Positions 16,311 to 31,740 of a stretch of 64,000 bases of DNA are shown here, one piece after another. Position 1 is the first letter of the stretch. Every line of letters begins with the position of its first letter. The notes beneath the pieces are model-generated. The model did not search any database and was not told the DNA's origin. It was given only the letters and a program-made list of their open reading frames with translations. The stretch is from the human T2T-CHM13v2.0 reference genome, Homo sapiens. The stretch lies in the NCBI RefSeq assembly GCF_009914755.1, contig NC_060935.1; one strand, given 5' to 3'. Position numbers and translations under genes: made by a program.

Positions 16311-16696
16311 ATTAGTGAGAATTAAACTCAAGGTGGACAGGGGAAACTGAGCACATTTACATGCCCAGCCCAATGGGATGTTAAACAAGCAGCAGCCTGA
16401 GCCCTCAAGAAAATCCTAATTGGCAGGAATAGATAAACCATGTGTGGGCTGAGTTGTCATCAGCATCTGTGGGTCTGATTTAAAAGAGTGAAGAAAAGTT
16501 TCAGAGAGACAGTGACTTTTGGTGTCAGGTGAAGGGATAATTTAGTATTAGGGAGTTCTAACAGAGTCAATGCAAAGAACACTAAAGCAAGCACTTGCTA
16601 GTCACTTAAGTCCACGCCAGATTTCATTATCCTCTCCTCAGAGAAAATTAGTATCTCCCTTTATCGTGTACTTATTGCACTTTGTTTTTTTGTGTG

Positions 16697-17283
16697 TTTT
16701 TATTATTATTATTATTATTATAAGTTCTGGGTTACATGTGCAGAACGTGCAGGTTTGTTACACAGGTATACACTTGCCATGGTGATTTGCTGCACCCGTC
16801 AACCTGTCATCTACATTAGGTATTTCTTCTAATACTATCCCTCCCCTAGCTCCCCACATCTTGATAGGCCCCAGTGTGTGATATTCCCCTCCCTGTGACC
16901 ATGTCCTCATTGTTCAATTCTCACTTATGAGTGAGAACGTGTGGTTTCTGGTTTTCTGTTCCTGTGTTAGTTTGCTGAGAATGATGGCTTCCAGCTTCAT
17001 CCATGCCCCTGCAAAGGACATGAACTTATCCTTTTTTATAGCTGCATAGTATTCCATGGTGTATATGTGCCACATTTTCTATATCCAGTCTATAATTGAT
17101 GGGCATCTGCGTTGATTACAAGTCTTTGCTATTGTGAACAGTGCTTCAATAAACATACATGTGCATATGTCTTTATAGTAGAATAATTTATAATCCTTTG
17201 GGTATATACCCAGTAATGGGATTACTGGGTCAAATGGTATTTCTGGTTCTAGATCCTTGACGATCTAGATCGCCACACTGTCT
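16697..17283 (-). mobile_element. L1PA7/8-like 3' end
   Basis: (ATT)n tail followed by aagttctgggttacatgtgcagaacgtgcaggtttgttac and the antisense 3'UTR/ORF2 end. Confidence 0.85.
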
Positions 17284-17548
17284 TTAAGTTTAAATTGCTT
17301 GGACATTTTTTATTTTCCATTTTAAAGTAATAGATTACCACAAAGAAAATAAACAAAGGCAGAAAGAAAAAAAATGTAAGTCATGATCCCACCTCCCCAA
17401 AGACAGTCACTGTTCACACTGTATGCTCAACACATTTTCCAAGAATAAATTTTATTTGCTCAACACTTTTTTCAGATATATTTGTGTTTGCCTGTTTTAC
17501 ATACTAGCAATCACCCTTTCAATGAATACTTCTCAAAATGTGTTTTTT

Positions 17549-20103
<2,555 letters not shown>

Positions 20104-20124
20104 TCAAAATGTGGTTTTTAAGAT

Positions 20125-20283
20125 AAGTGGCATGGACATCATGTGAGAACTTGCTAGAAATACAAATTGTTGGGTCTCATTCCCGATCTACTGAAACAGA
20201 GACTGGGTTTGAGACTTAGCAATCTGTGTTTCAACAAGCCCTCTAGGTAATACAATGTACATTGACATTTAAGAACTATTTCT
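20125..20283. mobile_element. MER5A (hAT-Charlie)
   Basis: gaacttgctagaaatacaaatt...ctactgaaacagagact...gcaatctgtgtttcaacaagccctctaggt. Confidence 0.75.
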
Positions 20284-21865
20284 ACAGACACTATTTTATA
20301 TTCTGATTTTTGCACTCAACATTATAAATATTCACATTTTCCCTATTATGATTAGCACAATTGCTTCAATAGCTCTTTAAGAGTTTCTGGACTAGGTAAT
20401 TCATATCAACATTTAATCATTCATTCATTCATTTTAAATACCCTGTGTACCTTCTATATAACAGATACAGTTCTAGATGATATGGATACATGATAGGAAT
20501 GGAGAATATTCTCCTTAATCATTACATGCATTAGTTATTACCTATTATTCACCATTATAATTAATGGTAAAGGTAAGCATCTTTTTTAATGTAAAGACTT
20601 TTCCCTCCTGTATTTCAGAAGGAAGGAAGGAAAGAATACATAAATCAGCATGACTTGGAGTACCCTATATTGTCTTCAAAAGAGTATCTTTCATTTTTCC
20701 TATGATTCCTTTCTCTTGCATTAAGGTTTTAAAATTTGAGGAAACTCAATCACCAAAATAGTTCAATCTTGGCTTTTTCTTTTCCTTACAAAGAAACTTG
20801 AGAAATTCCAGTTAAACTCCAAAAGGAATGTAGTATCTGCTATTAGTGCTGAAAATATGTGGCCTCAACTGTTTGATGTAATTCTTGTCCAATTTAGTGG
20901 CCGTTAAAGCATTTCCATCATTGCAAGTGCAATAATCTTTTATTTCTTACTTTAAGGGAGAGAAATATGTGATTTTTTTTCCTCCAGTGCTATTACAATA
21001 TTTGCTGTGATTCCCAGTGTGTGTCTAGCATCCCACTGTGCTTATTAACGTCAATGTCTTCACACAAACATGGCCAATAGGCCAGAGAAGATGTGTTTGA
21101 AGACATCTCCTAAGCTTCAAGCTGTTTCAGGAGATAATGCTCCTCTCAGATCCCTGAGACATGTGTTTAAGCATATCTGACTCTTTGTCCCTTTTCATGA
21201 ATTTGTACCCCTTGTCTTTCAGCCTGTTGACGTAAGACAGGAATATCTTGGCTATTACAGATACTTAATAATATTAAATTTCCAAAGGGGAGAGCTCAGG
21301 TCTAGTTTACTCTCTTCCCAAAAGGTTTGTTGGGCCATTTGCCATGGAATAAGAGAAAGGGCACAACCTGTTACACAAAAAACAAATAAATGCATGTCCT
21401 TTTCCTCCAATAGTGGAGGTTTTGTTCAATTATAGCCACATAACTGAAAAGAAACCCTCCAGAACAAACAGTATTTGATCCAGGATTATTGGATATGTTC
21501 TCCCATAGATATAATAGAGATTACAAGTTTCTTAAGTAGACACCTATCTGCACAATAATCATAATATTAATTCCACTGGATACTCATATATTTTCTCATT
21601 TTCAATAAGTAGTAATTTTTATTTAACATTTTATCAATAAGAAAGTTAAGGTTGTGACAGTTTCCAGAAATTAGATAAAGTCAACCCACTAAAATACAAC
21701 AAATATATCTGATTAAAGAGTCATATTTTTACTTTTTATGTTTCATTTCTTTTTGGTGCTTATTTTTATTTCCACTATTATTTTCTAAAGTTTGTACTAA
21801 TTAATATTTGCTGCCAGCAATACTCAAAACTTAATCCTTTATGCCAACCTCACTAACAATGTTAT

Positions 21866-22175
21866 ATTTTATTTTTAATTTTGAAATAATTACATACTCA
21901 TAGGCAATGGACAAAAATAGTATAGAGAGATGCTATGTATTCTTCACTTAGTTTCCCCTGATGGTTATGTAAGTTTAGCATAATAACAAAACCAGGAAAC
22001 TGACATTGGTACAATGTGTGTATGTGTTCAGTTCAATGCCATTTTATCACGTCAATTCATATAACCACTACAGCAATCAAGATATTGAACTAGTCCATCA
22101 CTACAAAGATCTCACTTGTATTACACTTGGCATACACATCCCTTCCTCCCAACCCTAAACCCTGTAAACCATTAA
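21866..22175 (-). mobile_element. L1MC-like 3' end
   Basis: ttttgaaataattacatactcatagg...aaaaccaggaaactgacattggtacaatg. Confidence 0.65.
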
Positions 22176-23984
22176 TATAACCTTGGGGTGGCACGAACTA
22201 ATATAATTTAGTTTTGATTATGTGTTTGCTAGAATTTTTTTATTGTTGATATACAGTCAATTTAATTTTTATTTAGTCATATGCATTGATTTTTTTTTCC
22301 TTTGAGAGGTCTTCTGCTGCTTTGACCATTAGAAAGCCTTTGTCTCTCCAGAGGTTTGATGAATATATTCTTTTATTTTCTTAATGCCATTTTATGGTTA
22401 TTTATTTCATGTATCTCTTTAAACAGTTTGGAACCTAGTTGTTGTGTGATTTTTTTTCCACCAAGCAAACCAATTGTCTTGATAATTTATGTTAAAAACA
22501 ACCTCTGTCACTCATTTGTTTTTCATGCCTCTTAAAATATTGAAAGTGCTCACTAAATGCCTTTTCCATCATTTGGGTTCAGTTCTGGAAACAGGAAATT
22601 GACCATGTGGAGATGGAAATTAAGGATCCTTAAAAGGAACTGTACTATGTTCTTCATGCCATAACAAGCGCCACCACTAGGTGTACCTCTTTTTGTAATC
22701 TGGCTAGCCATGAATCCAGAGTACTGAATGAAGTACAAAGCAACCCTGGGTCACAATCTGGGACAACAACAGAAACTAAGGTACAAAATAACTGAAAGCT
22801 GAGCCAGAGACAATGTCAAAAAGTCTTGCAAATTCTGGGTGAATCTTCTTATTGACCATTGCGGGGCAGAATGAAGCAGTAAGGCAGTACACCGGAAGTG
22901 TGATGGGTAATCTGTACCTGGTGGAACTAGATTTTCCTCCCATCTGAAGCATTTAAGATTTTAATTATTGAAATACATATTTATGGAAAAACATGAAAAC
23001 TAGCACTCCATCTTGTAAGACCTAATTCAACAAAATCTCCCCTGTAAATTATCACATTAGTCTTTCCTATCTCTAAACTCTTAAAGTCTTTGATTGGCTG
23101 CCTATGTTATTAGACAAAAGGACATATCAATGGCTAATGTGGAGACACTTACTATGAGAAAGGGGCAAGTTCAGACGACCTCAGGACCTAGGATATCTGA
23201 GGCGACAGCTCCCAACATTGCTCATGGCTTATGCAGAAACTTCTTTGATCCAGCAACTCTGAAATTATGAAAATGCTTTGGCCCAAAGGAAAGAAAAAGA
23301 AGAATGTGTGATGTGTGATTATGAGGAAAGGTGAGAATAATTCTATAGACCTATAAATAGGGGATTTTATGTGGACTAGATAATTCCTAAGGTTTCGCCC
23401 AATGTTTTGTTCCATGTATGCTATTTTTTTACCTGGCATGTTGACTGTCCTTGTGAATATTCTATGAATTCTACATTTGGGTCTTTAGAGTAACAACCAC
23501 TAATTGGTCCACTAGTGAAATCAAGAGGTGAAAGTTTATCACAAAGTAATTCCCATGCTTGCCTGGATGAGCAATTATGAGACCAACATACTTCACAGTG
23601 GTATAGTAGAACTGACCCATTAAAACAGTAATAACACAAATTCTGCCTCCTCTAATACACTCCTAAAAGCAATACAACTAACAGCTCATTGGAATTTTTC
23701 TTTCACCCCCATATTCCAAGGCAATTTGTTGATATTTGTATGGTAACATTTATCACACTATTTTCCTTAAAATTTGCATGCATCTATCCCTCCCTCCATC
23801 CTATTAATATAACTAAGCCATTCTCCTAAGGGTAGGAGAAATAATTTACTATCTTTATTCTTCAATGTCTATCACAGTATCTAGGCCTCAAAAATGTTTA
23901 GTGAACATTGGGTTGTACTAAAGAAACCATAAATATAAAAGTTTTATCAGGGAACATGCATGTTGTTACCTAAATACTGTCAGA

Positions 23985-24220
23985 TACAGTGATTAAGAAT
24001 GGGGGCTTTTGAATTGCAAAGACCTGGGTCTTGAGTGCTATCTGCTACTATTTATCTGTGTAGATCTAAATATTTTTCTAAACCCTTTAAGCCTTAATTT
24101 CCTCATCTGTAAAAAGTATATAATGGGATTTATACAACAGGGATGATGGAAGTAATTATCAATATAATATATAAAATATGTTTAAATGGTGTCTAACATA
24201 TAGTATGTATTTAAATATTA
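23985..24220 (+). mobile_element. MIR
   Basis: MIR core gccttaatttcctcatctgtaaaa. Confidence 0.65.
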
Positions 24221-25999
24221 ATAATTATTTAGTTAGTAAAAGGAAAAAGTGACAGAAACACCTGTTAGAAAGTCCAGTTCTTAAGAGGTTCTATTTAATT
24301 AAAGGAATCAGACAACTATTACTATAACCTTAATCAAACATAGAGAACAACTGAGCAGTTATTCACTAGGAGAAGGCACAGCAGTATTTAGGTATATTCT
24401 AAAGTCAACCTCTGGAGAATTGATTGTGAACTTCGCTCTTGACATGATGGCTAAATAAACAATTACTTATTAACTGCTGCCTGGAGGTTCACTTTTTAAT
24501 CTTCTGAACTAGTGATAAAGTGAAGATTTAAAAATCAGGCTATAGTCAATTTGCAGCTAAGGTGAGAAAGTAACAGGAAACGGGGAGGCTTGTGTCAAAT
24601 GGCAAAAACACAATTTAGTTGTTGACCAAGAAGATGGGCTAAGGAGACATTTTTTAAGGCTAAATATACTTGGAACAATTTACCTTCCATGGATGGGTGA
24701 CTAGGACACTCCTCAATACCATTTAATGACTTTCACCTGAAGGGCACCAGAGCATCGCCTTACCCTAATTTGCTCTTTTATTTCCATTGTGAGAGCAGCA
24801 CCTCAATTACCTGTGTATTTAATGTTGACAATGTGTTATTTATATGATGGATACTTCTCTGAGGGTTGTAGAAAATTGGATGTTTAAATGATCACAATCA
24901 CTAGACATTCTGATAAAGAGAAATCCTGAGAGTCAAAAAAGTCTCAAGAATCACGACAGACCTGGTCAGCTCTCATAGGTAAAGTCGTACAGTCAAAGGT
25001 CTGAATTCTGGCTTGCCACCAACAAACAGTGTGACTGTGGACAAGAGCATGCACATCTATGACTCCCAATTTCTTTATTTGTAAAATGAAAATAAAAGTA
25101 TCAATCTCACTAGGGTATAAGTAGGCAGGTCAGAGCCAGAGAATGAGTTTTTTCCCCTTGCATCTGTGTTTACTCCATATTTAGAATTCATAGCCCTCTA
25201 ATCTCAAAGAACTGACAATATAATCAATCTTTAGCAAGCAACAGTTTTAATATGGACTTTTAAGGTTGTCTAATGCTTTAAAGAACGACTTCTCACCAAG
25301 TCTTCTTTGTGATACTCTCCCAATGTCCTTCAGAATACAATTGTATTACTTAAGTTAAATTGTGTTCCTGTCTTTCCAAGGAGTTCATACCCCAACTATC
25401 CTTCCTGTTAAGAACTGGTAGAGATCTCAGAGATACAATAAAGCACTTTCTCACTCTTTGCCTTATCTTCCCCAGCTATGAGCTTCTGATGATTTACTTT
25501 CATTAAATCTAAATCTGACAATGTAATTAATTTTGTACATTACTGCCAGTAGGGGCCAGCTACCCTAGGGGGATTAGTGATAACTGTTAAATAAAATTTC
25601 TTGCATTTAAAACAAAAGAAAGTTTTAGAACATATTACTGAAAATCAATTTCTTCCTGTCAGATAGTCCAGAACATTTTAAATCTTTTCTCATTTGCTCA
25701 ATGTCTGATAAGCCTCACACATCCTAGATATCTTGTGTAATGCTATACTAAGTGATGCATGTGGAATATAAGATTCAAACATAGTACAATGACATAAATT
25801 AAGATTTCTTCAATATTCCTTAATTTTTCTATTTCTGGAAAAGTGATCCTCCTAAGATGCTCATGAAGAGTGGCCATGTAAATGAGGGAGGGTCTGTAAT
25901 TTTTTTTCAGTGCTATCTCACTTTCACACAAACACACCATCATGGAGAAAGAATGCTTTACTACATATCTCACTAAATGAATAAGCTTTATTTTAAAGG

Positions 26000-27120
26000 A
26001 AAGACTCCAGACTGCAACTCAAGAAGCTGGACAATTTGTCCCTATGATCCAGAGGATCCCATAACATTACAACTATCTCTGGAAATGTAAAATAATCTGG
26101 AATTCTGTGTCATATATCCTCATAAGATTTACAGAAGAGGTCTTTGGGGGTTTGGGAGTAAAACTAAGTTATTTTCAGATAGTATTTTTACTTCTTTAGA
26201 GAAAAATAGATTAATACTTATTCCTGGAGGCTAAGTTCCTGATAACACACCAAGTGACTATGCTAAGCTGTCATAAACTGAGTAGTACTTGGTCTACAAA
26301 ACCATAAATATGGTAATTCCTAAGTATACTCTATCACCAAGTGGAATTATATAGTGTACTGGGAGCTGGGCTAGTCCTAAACTCAGGTCTTAGTTTAGGC
26401 ACAAATGCACACATTTCCATCATACTTCCTCCTCCTCTGCTGCCACTTCCCCTCAATATATACCCATGGGTTATGGGTCATTTTCTATTATCTTTTATCT
26501 GAGAAAAGAAATAATCAGATGCACAAATGACTCTGCATAATGTCTTAGCATAAATCAAAATCATGATGATGTAGCATAAATCAAATATAGACTTCTACAT
26601 TATGGGCATTCTACCCTAGGGGCCCCTGAAAGAGAGTGAAACAAAGAAATACTTCCAGCTTGCAAATCTTTAAGTAATACCTCTCTTCATCAATTGATAC
26701 TCAGAGAAGATGTGGCACAAAGTAAAGATACACATAATTTTTGGCCAGTAGCTGATGACTAGTTAAGTGATTAGGGTCTTTGAAGACTGGACAAAAATGT
26801 TTAGACTTAAGTGTGTGTGAGAGCCCCTCAGTATAGACACAAATGCGATGTTTTGAGGTTTTTGTCAATGTTCTTCAAAGGGTGGCCATTATGAAGGTTA
26901 TAGGATTATTTTTCTTTTTGTTTTTAATAATCTGGTAGACAAAATGATCAATTAATAAATTTCACTCATTTTTCTTTCCTAATCACCTCGGTGATTGGGC
27001 AAAGTGTTCTTGAACAAAATGCTTTTGTTAAATGGAGGATAAGTTTTAGATCAATATAGTATGTTCTACACTGCAAGAATGACTGGTTACCTGTGCTACT
27101 GAGGATCCAGTTTGCCAAAA
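26000..27120 (+). mobile_element. Highly decayed ERVL/MaLR internal (pol-like) sequence
   Basis: cctatgatccagaggatccc and tggccagtagctgatgactag...gggtctttgaagactgg resemble recalled ERVL pol/RNaseH segments; no ORF. Confidence 0.45.
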
Positions 27121-27144
27121 GCCAATATCTCCATGCCCATAGAC

Positions 27145-27580
27145 AACCTTTGCTATACAACAATTAACTATGAATCTCAATGGCACACAACAATAGCATT
27201 TATCTCTTATTCATTTGCATGTTGGCCGAGGTTCAGCTGTTTAGGCTGACTCAGCTTTGGTCTTGTCTCAAAGATAAAATTTGAGTTTATGTTTGCTTTC
27301 TCATTTTTCTTGGACCAGTGTTTAACCAACGTACATTCGTATCACAATGAAAGACAAAACAACAAAAAGACCAAGCTGAACTTTGCAGACAAAATTTATT
27401 GCATGCTCACAGCATGACTGCTTACATATTATTGCTCAAAGAAAGTAGCAGGGCTAAAACCAAAGTGAAGAGGTAGGAAAATATAACTCTCCCTCCTAAA
27501 GGCCATGGCAAGAGTATGTATACATAATATTACTAGAGGGGAATGAAGAATTAGAATTGACAATTATATCCTTCACAAGT
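27145..27580 (-). mobile_element. MLT1 (MaLR) LTR
   Basis: ctttgctatacaacaa...atctcaatggcacacaacaatagcatttat is typical of an antisense MLT1 terminus. Confidence 0.55.
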
Positions 27581-28334
27581 ATCAGACCTTGGTAAAGAAG
27601 CCCCCTACATGTGGTGAACTGAATTATGTTTAATCCCTTTCTTCTTAGAGAGGGAACTGATTTGAACTAGCTGGAATGTCACTTATTTTGGATTCGTGTT
27701 TGATTCTTCTGTCACTGAGGGTTCTGCTGATATCATTTATGGATGTGTTAAATTTCTCATACATTGTTTTGCTACCTGTATAGCTAATTTTACATTTGGG
27801 TGTATAACAATAAAAATAAAAATGGCCCCACAAGGTATGAAGAAAGAAGATGTTACTTGTATCACGCAATAAGAAATTAAAAGTAGATCAGCACTTCAGC
27901 ACTCTAGTGCTGATACAATCACTCCACAATTCCCATAATAGGCCAATACTATCAACATTTCAATTCCATGACCTTATCACATTAGCTTTAATTCTTATAC
28001 TTGTATGATACTTAAAGTAAAACATTAGGAATGAGGCAGGAACATTAGGGACGAGTAGTGAAGGGGAAAAGGTTTCTTTTAGCAAGGATTTGTGTTTGTT
28101 TGTTTATTTTAAGAGAAATGGATATGTTCCTCAGGCCTTCTGCCTAGATTTTATGGGTTATAAATTTTCTACAGGATCACATCTAGACTGAAGGTATTTA
28201 GAGAAAAAGCAGAGAAATATTAGAGCTGGTTTGCACTGACTCACCAGAGCTGATTGTGTGTATGTCTTCCTGTCATGGTTTGAATGTCTATCTCCTCCTA
28301 AACTCATGCTGAAATTTAATTGCCATTGTAATGA

Positions 28335-28530
28335 TACCATAGTCCTCTTTTATCCACCAGACCCTCCGTGGATGCTCAAAACCACAGATAATATCAAACC
28401 CTGTATTTATATAATTTTCTTTTTGCATATATATCTATGATAAAATTTAATTTGTGTATCAGGCATAGTAAGAGATTAACAATAAATAATAATAAAATAG
28501 AACAATTACGTTATATTATATACATTTAAA
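28335..28530 (-). mobile_element. MER44/Tigger7-derived fragment followed by (CT)n
   Basis: Homologous to 42305-42607 (tatgataaa.tttaatt...agtaagagattaacaata). Confidence 0.6.
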
Positions 28531-28532
28531 TG

Positions 28533-28568
<36 letters not shown>

Positions 28569-28989
28569 CTCTCCCTCTCTCTGGTCTCTGGATAACTGGT
28601 TGTTAAATATTTACCTGCATACCACTAGAGAAAATGGTTAGGGTTGGGGGATTGGGACAGCCAATCAAGATGACCTTTTATGGAATTTCATGCAAAATTT
28701 CTTTTTGCCAATTAACTCATTTTATTGCTTGAGAAGTGAAGCACTAATCTCCATGAAATTCAATAATCTTTACTATATACCCCTTAGGAGCAATTGGCTT
28801 TATCACATGGTTAAAGGACCTTTTGAAGTTTTGTCATGAAATTATCCATAAGTTTGTGGCCTTTCTTACAGGATATATAGATCTTTATGTATGGGCCAGA
28901 AAACCAAAGGCTAGAAATGAAAGAGACTTTTTACAAGCTATAGATCACAGTGGTGTAAAAATGATACACATTCAATATCTTTATCAATT

Positions 28990-29043
28990 TAAAATGGGGT
29001 TACATTAGGATAAACCTATTTTAAGTTGAAAATATCGTAAGTC
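28990..29043 (+). mobile_element. Tigger4/MER46-like fragment interrupted by SVA
   Basis: atggggttac...gataaacc....taagttgaaaatatcgtaagtc matches the recalled Tigger4 5' end; continues aaatg after the SVA. Confidence 0.6.
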
Positions 29044-30853
29044 TCTCCCTCTCCCTCTCCCTCTCCGTCTTTCCACGGTCTCCCTCTCCCTCTCTTTCCA
29101 CGGTCTCCCTCTGATGCCGAGCCGAAGCTGGACTGTACTGCTGCCATCTCGGCTCATTGCAACCTCCCTGCCTGATTCTCCTGCCTCAGCCTGCCGAGTG
29201 CCTGCGATTGCAGGCGCATGCTGCCACGCCTGACTGGTTTTCGTATTTTTTTGGTGGAGACGGGGTTTCGCTGTGTTGGCCGGGCTGGTCTCCAGCTCCT
29301 AACCGCGAGTGATCCGCCAGCCTCGGCCTCCCGAGGTGCCGGGATTGCAGACGGAGTCTGGTTCACTCAGTGCTCAATGGTGCCCAGGCTGGAGTGCAGT
29401 GGCGTGATCTCGGCTCGCTACAACCTCCACCTCCCAGCCGCCTGCCTTGGCCTCCCAAAGTGCCGAGATTGCAGCCTCTGCCCGGCCGCCACCCCGTCTG
29501 GGAAGTGAGGAGCGTCTCTGCCTGGCCGCCCATTGTCTGGGACTTGAGGAGCCCCTCTGTCTGGCTGCCCAGTCTGGAAAGTGAGGAGCATCTCTGCCCG
29601 GCCGCCATCCCGTCTAGGAAGTGAGGAGCGTCTCTGCCCGGCCGCCCATGGTCTGAGATGTGGGGAGAGCCTCTGCCCCGCCACCCCGTCTGGGATGTAA
29701 GGAGCGCCTCTACCTGGCCGCGACCCCATCTGGGAGGTGAGGAGCGTCTCTGCCTGGCCGCCCCGTCTGAGAAGTGAGGAGACCCTCCACCTGGCAACCG
29801 CCCCATCTGAGAAGTGAGGAGCCCCTCCGCCCGGCAGCCACCCCGTCTGGGAAGTGAGGAGCGTCTCTGCCCGGCCGCCATCCCGTCTAGGAAGTGAGGA
29901 GCGCCTCTTCCTGGCCGCCATCCCATCTAGGAAGTGAGGAGCCCCTCCGCCCAGCAGCCGCCCCGTCTGGGAAGTGAGGAGCCCCTCCGCCTGGCAGCCA
30001 CCCCATCTGGGAGGGAGGTGGGGGTCAGCCCCTGCCAGGCCAGCCGCCCTGTTCGGGAGGGAGGTGGGGGGTCAGCCCCCGCCCGGCCAGCCGCCCCGTC
30101 CGGGAGGGAGGTGGGGGGGTCAGCCCCCCGCCCGGCCAGCCACCCCGCCCGTGAGGGAGGTGGGGGGTCAGCCCCCCGCCCGGCCAGCCGCCCCGTCCGG
30201 GAGGTGAGGGGCGCCTCTGCCCGGCCGCCCCTACTGGGAAGTGAGGAGCCCCTCTGCCCGGCCACCACCCCGTCTGGGAGGTGTACCCAACAGTTCATTG
30301 AGAACGGGCCATGATGACAATGGCAGTTTTATGGAATAGACAGGGGGGAAAGGTGGGCAAAAGATTGAGAAATCGGATGGTTGCCGTGTCTGTGTAGAAA
30401 GAGGTAGACATGGGAGACCTTTCATTTTGTTCTGTACTAAGAAAAATTCTTCTGCCTTGTGATCCTGTTGATCTGTGACCTTACCCCCAACCCTGTGCTC
30501 TCTGAAACATGTGCTGTGTCCACTCAGGGTTAAATGGATTAAGGGCGGTGCAAGATGTGCTTTGTTAAACAGATGCTTGAAGGCAGCATGCTTGTTAAGA
30601 GTCATCACCACTCCCTAATCTCAAGTACCCAGGGACACAAACACTGCGGAAGGCCTCAGGGTCCTCTGCCTAGGAAAACCAGAGACCTTTGTTCACTTGT
30701 TTATCTGCTGACCTTCCCTCCACTATTGTCCTATGACCCTACCAAATCCCCCTCTGCAAGAAACACCCAAGAATGATCAATAAAAAATAAATAAATAAAT
30801 AAAAATAATAATAAATAAATAAATAAAAATAAAAATAAAAAATAAAAAAAAAA
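29044..30853 (+). mobile_element. SVA: SVA retrotransposon (SVA_D-like), full structure
   Basis: Short (CCCTCT)n, Alu-like domain, GC-rich VNTR (about 29470-30280), SINE-R, AATAAA and a long A-rich tail. TSD gaaaatatcgtaagtc at 29028-29043 and 30854-30869. Confidence 0.95.
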
Positions 30854-31651
30854 GAAAATATCGTAAGTCAAATGTTTCCTTGAGGAAAACACCTGAATGA
30901 GTACTTTGAATAGGAAGCTGAGATTAGATTGCCATTTAATTATTTCAGTATCTTCCTTCTCTTAGACTAAAATACAAACATGTTATAATGTTAGCTCAGT
31001 TGACTGGTTCTAACCATCAGGACAGAAATTAGTTGCTACACAAATGAAACAGAAAAATAAGGGTGAATTCTAAGTGATTTCTTGGGGTTCTTCCTAGGTT
31101 CTGTGTTAATAGACTACAACTAGTTGAATATACTGGCAGGACTACCTCAGAGACAAAAATGCCTAGTTCTTAACTAGTCCAGCAGAGGAATGGGTTTCAT
31201 GATTAATAATAATAAATATCAAGACACGTCTAAATAGTATGCATCTCACACTCACACATCAGGCTTGCAGGACATGGTTTCCAGCTAATGATTCAGGATG
31301 TCAACAAGTAGAGGACAGTTGGTGGGAACACCATGTCATGGCTACCACGGTTACTCCATAGGAGACATACTCAGTTGATGTATCTTTCCATGGCTGAGAC
31401 CCTCCCCTAGTGTCAAGAGTCACAAAACAGATGCTTAGCTCATTTCCTGTATTTACAGATGCATCACTGACATAGTCAACATAATTAGCTTATAGACTTG
31501 CAAAAACTGCCTTTGGCAAGACGTAGCATCTGATTCCAACATCTGGTTTCTGGGTACAATTTCTTGCTAAAATATTGATGTCATATTTCAGCACAATCTG
31601 CAGGCCTGTAATAATGACCAGCCACACACAAATGCAGTCACACCAAAACTA

Positions 31652-31740
31652 TTAGATTGGTGCAAAGGTTGTTGCAGTTTTTGCTCCTGAAAATAATGGA
31701 AAATAATGGCAAAAACACAATGACTTTTGCACCAACCTAA
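31652..31740. mobile_element. MADE1 MITE (Hsmar1-derived palindrome)
   Basis: ttagattggtgcaaa...ttttgcaccaacctaa inverted termini, TA on both sides; internal 10-bp duplication gaaaataatg. Confidence 0.88.

Noticed and set aside
29154-30776. Many overlapping 70-187 aa ORFs and a tandem array that could suggest a gene or CRISPR
   Set aside because: These come from the stop-poor GC-rich SVA VNTR; there are no unique spacers or cas genes.
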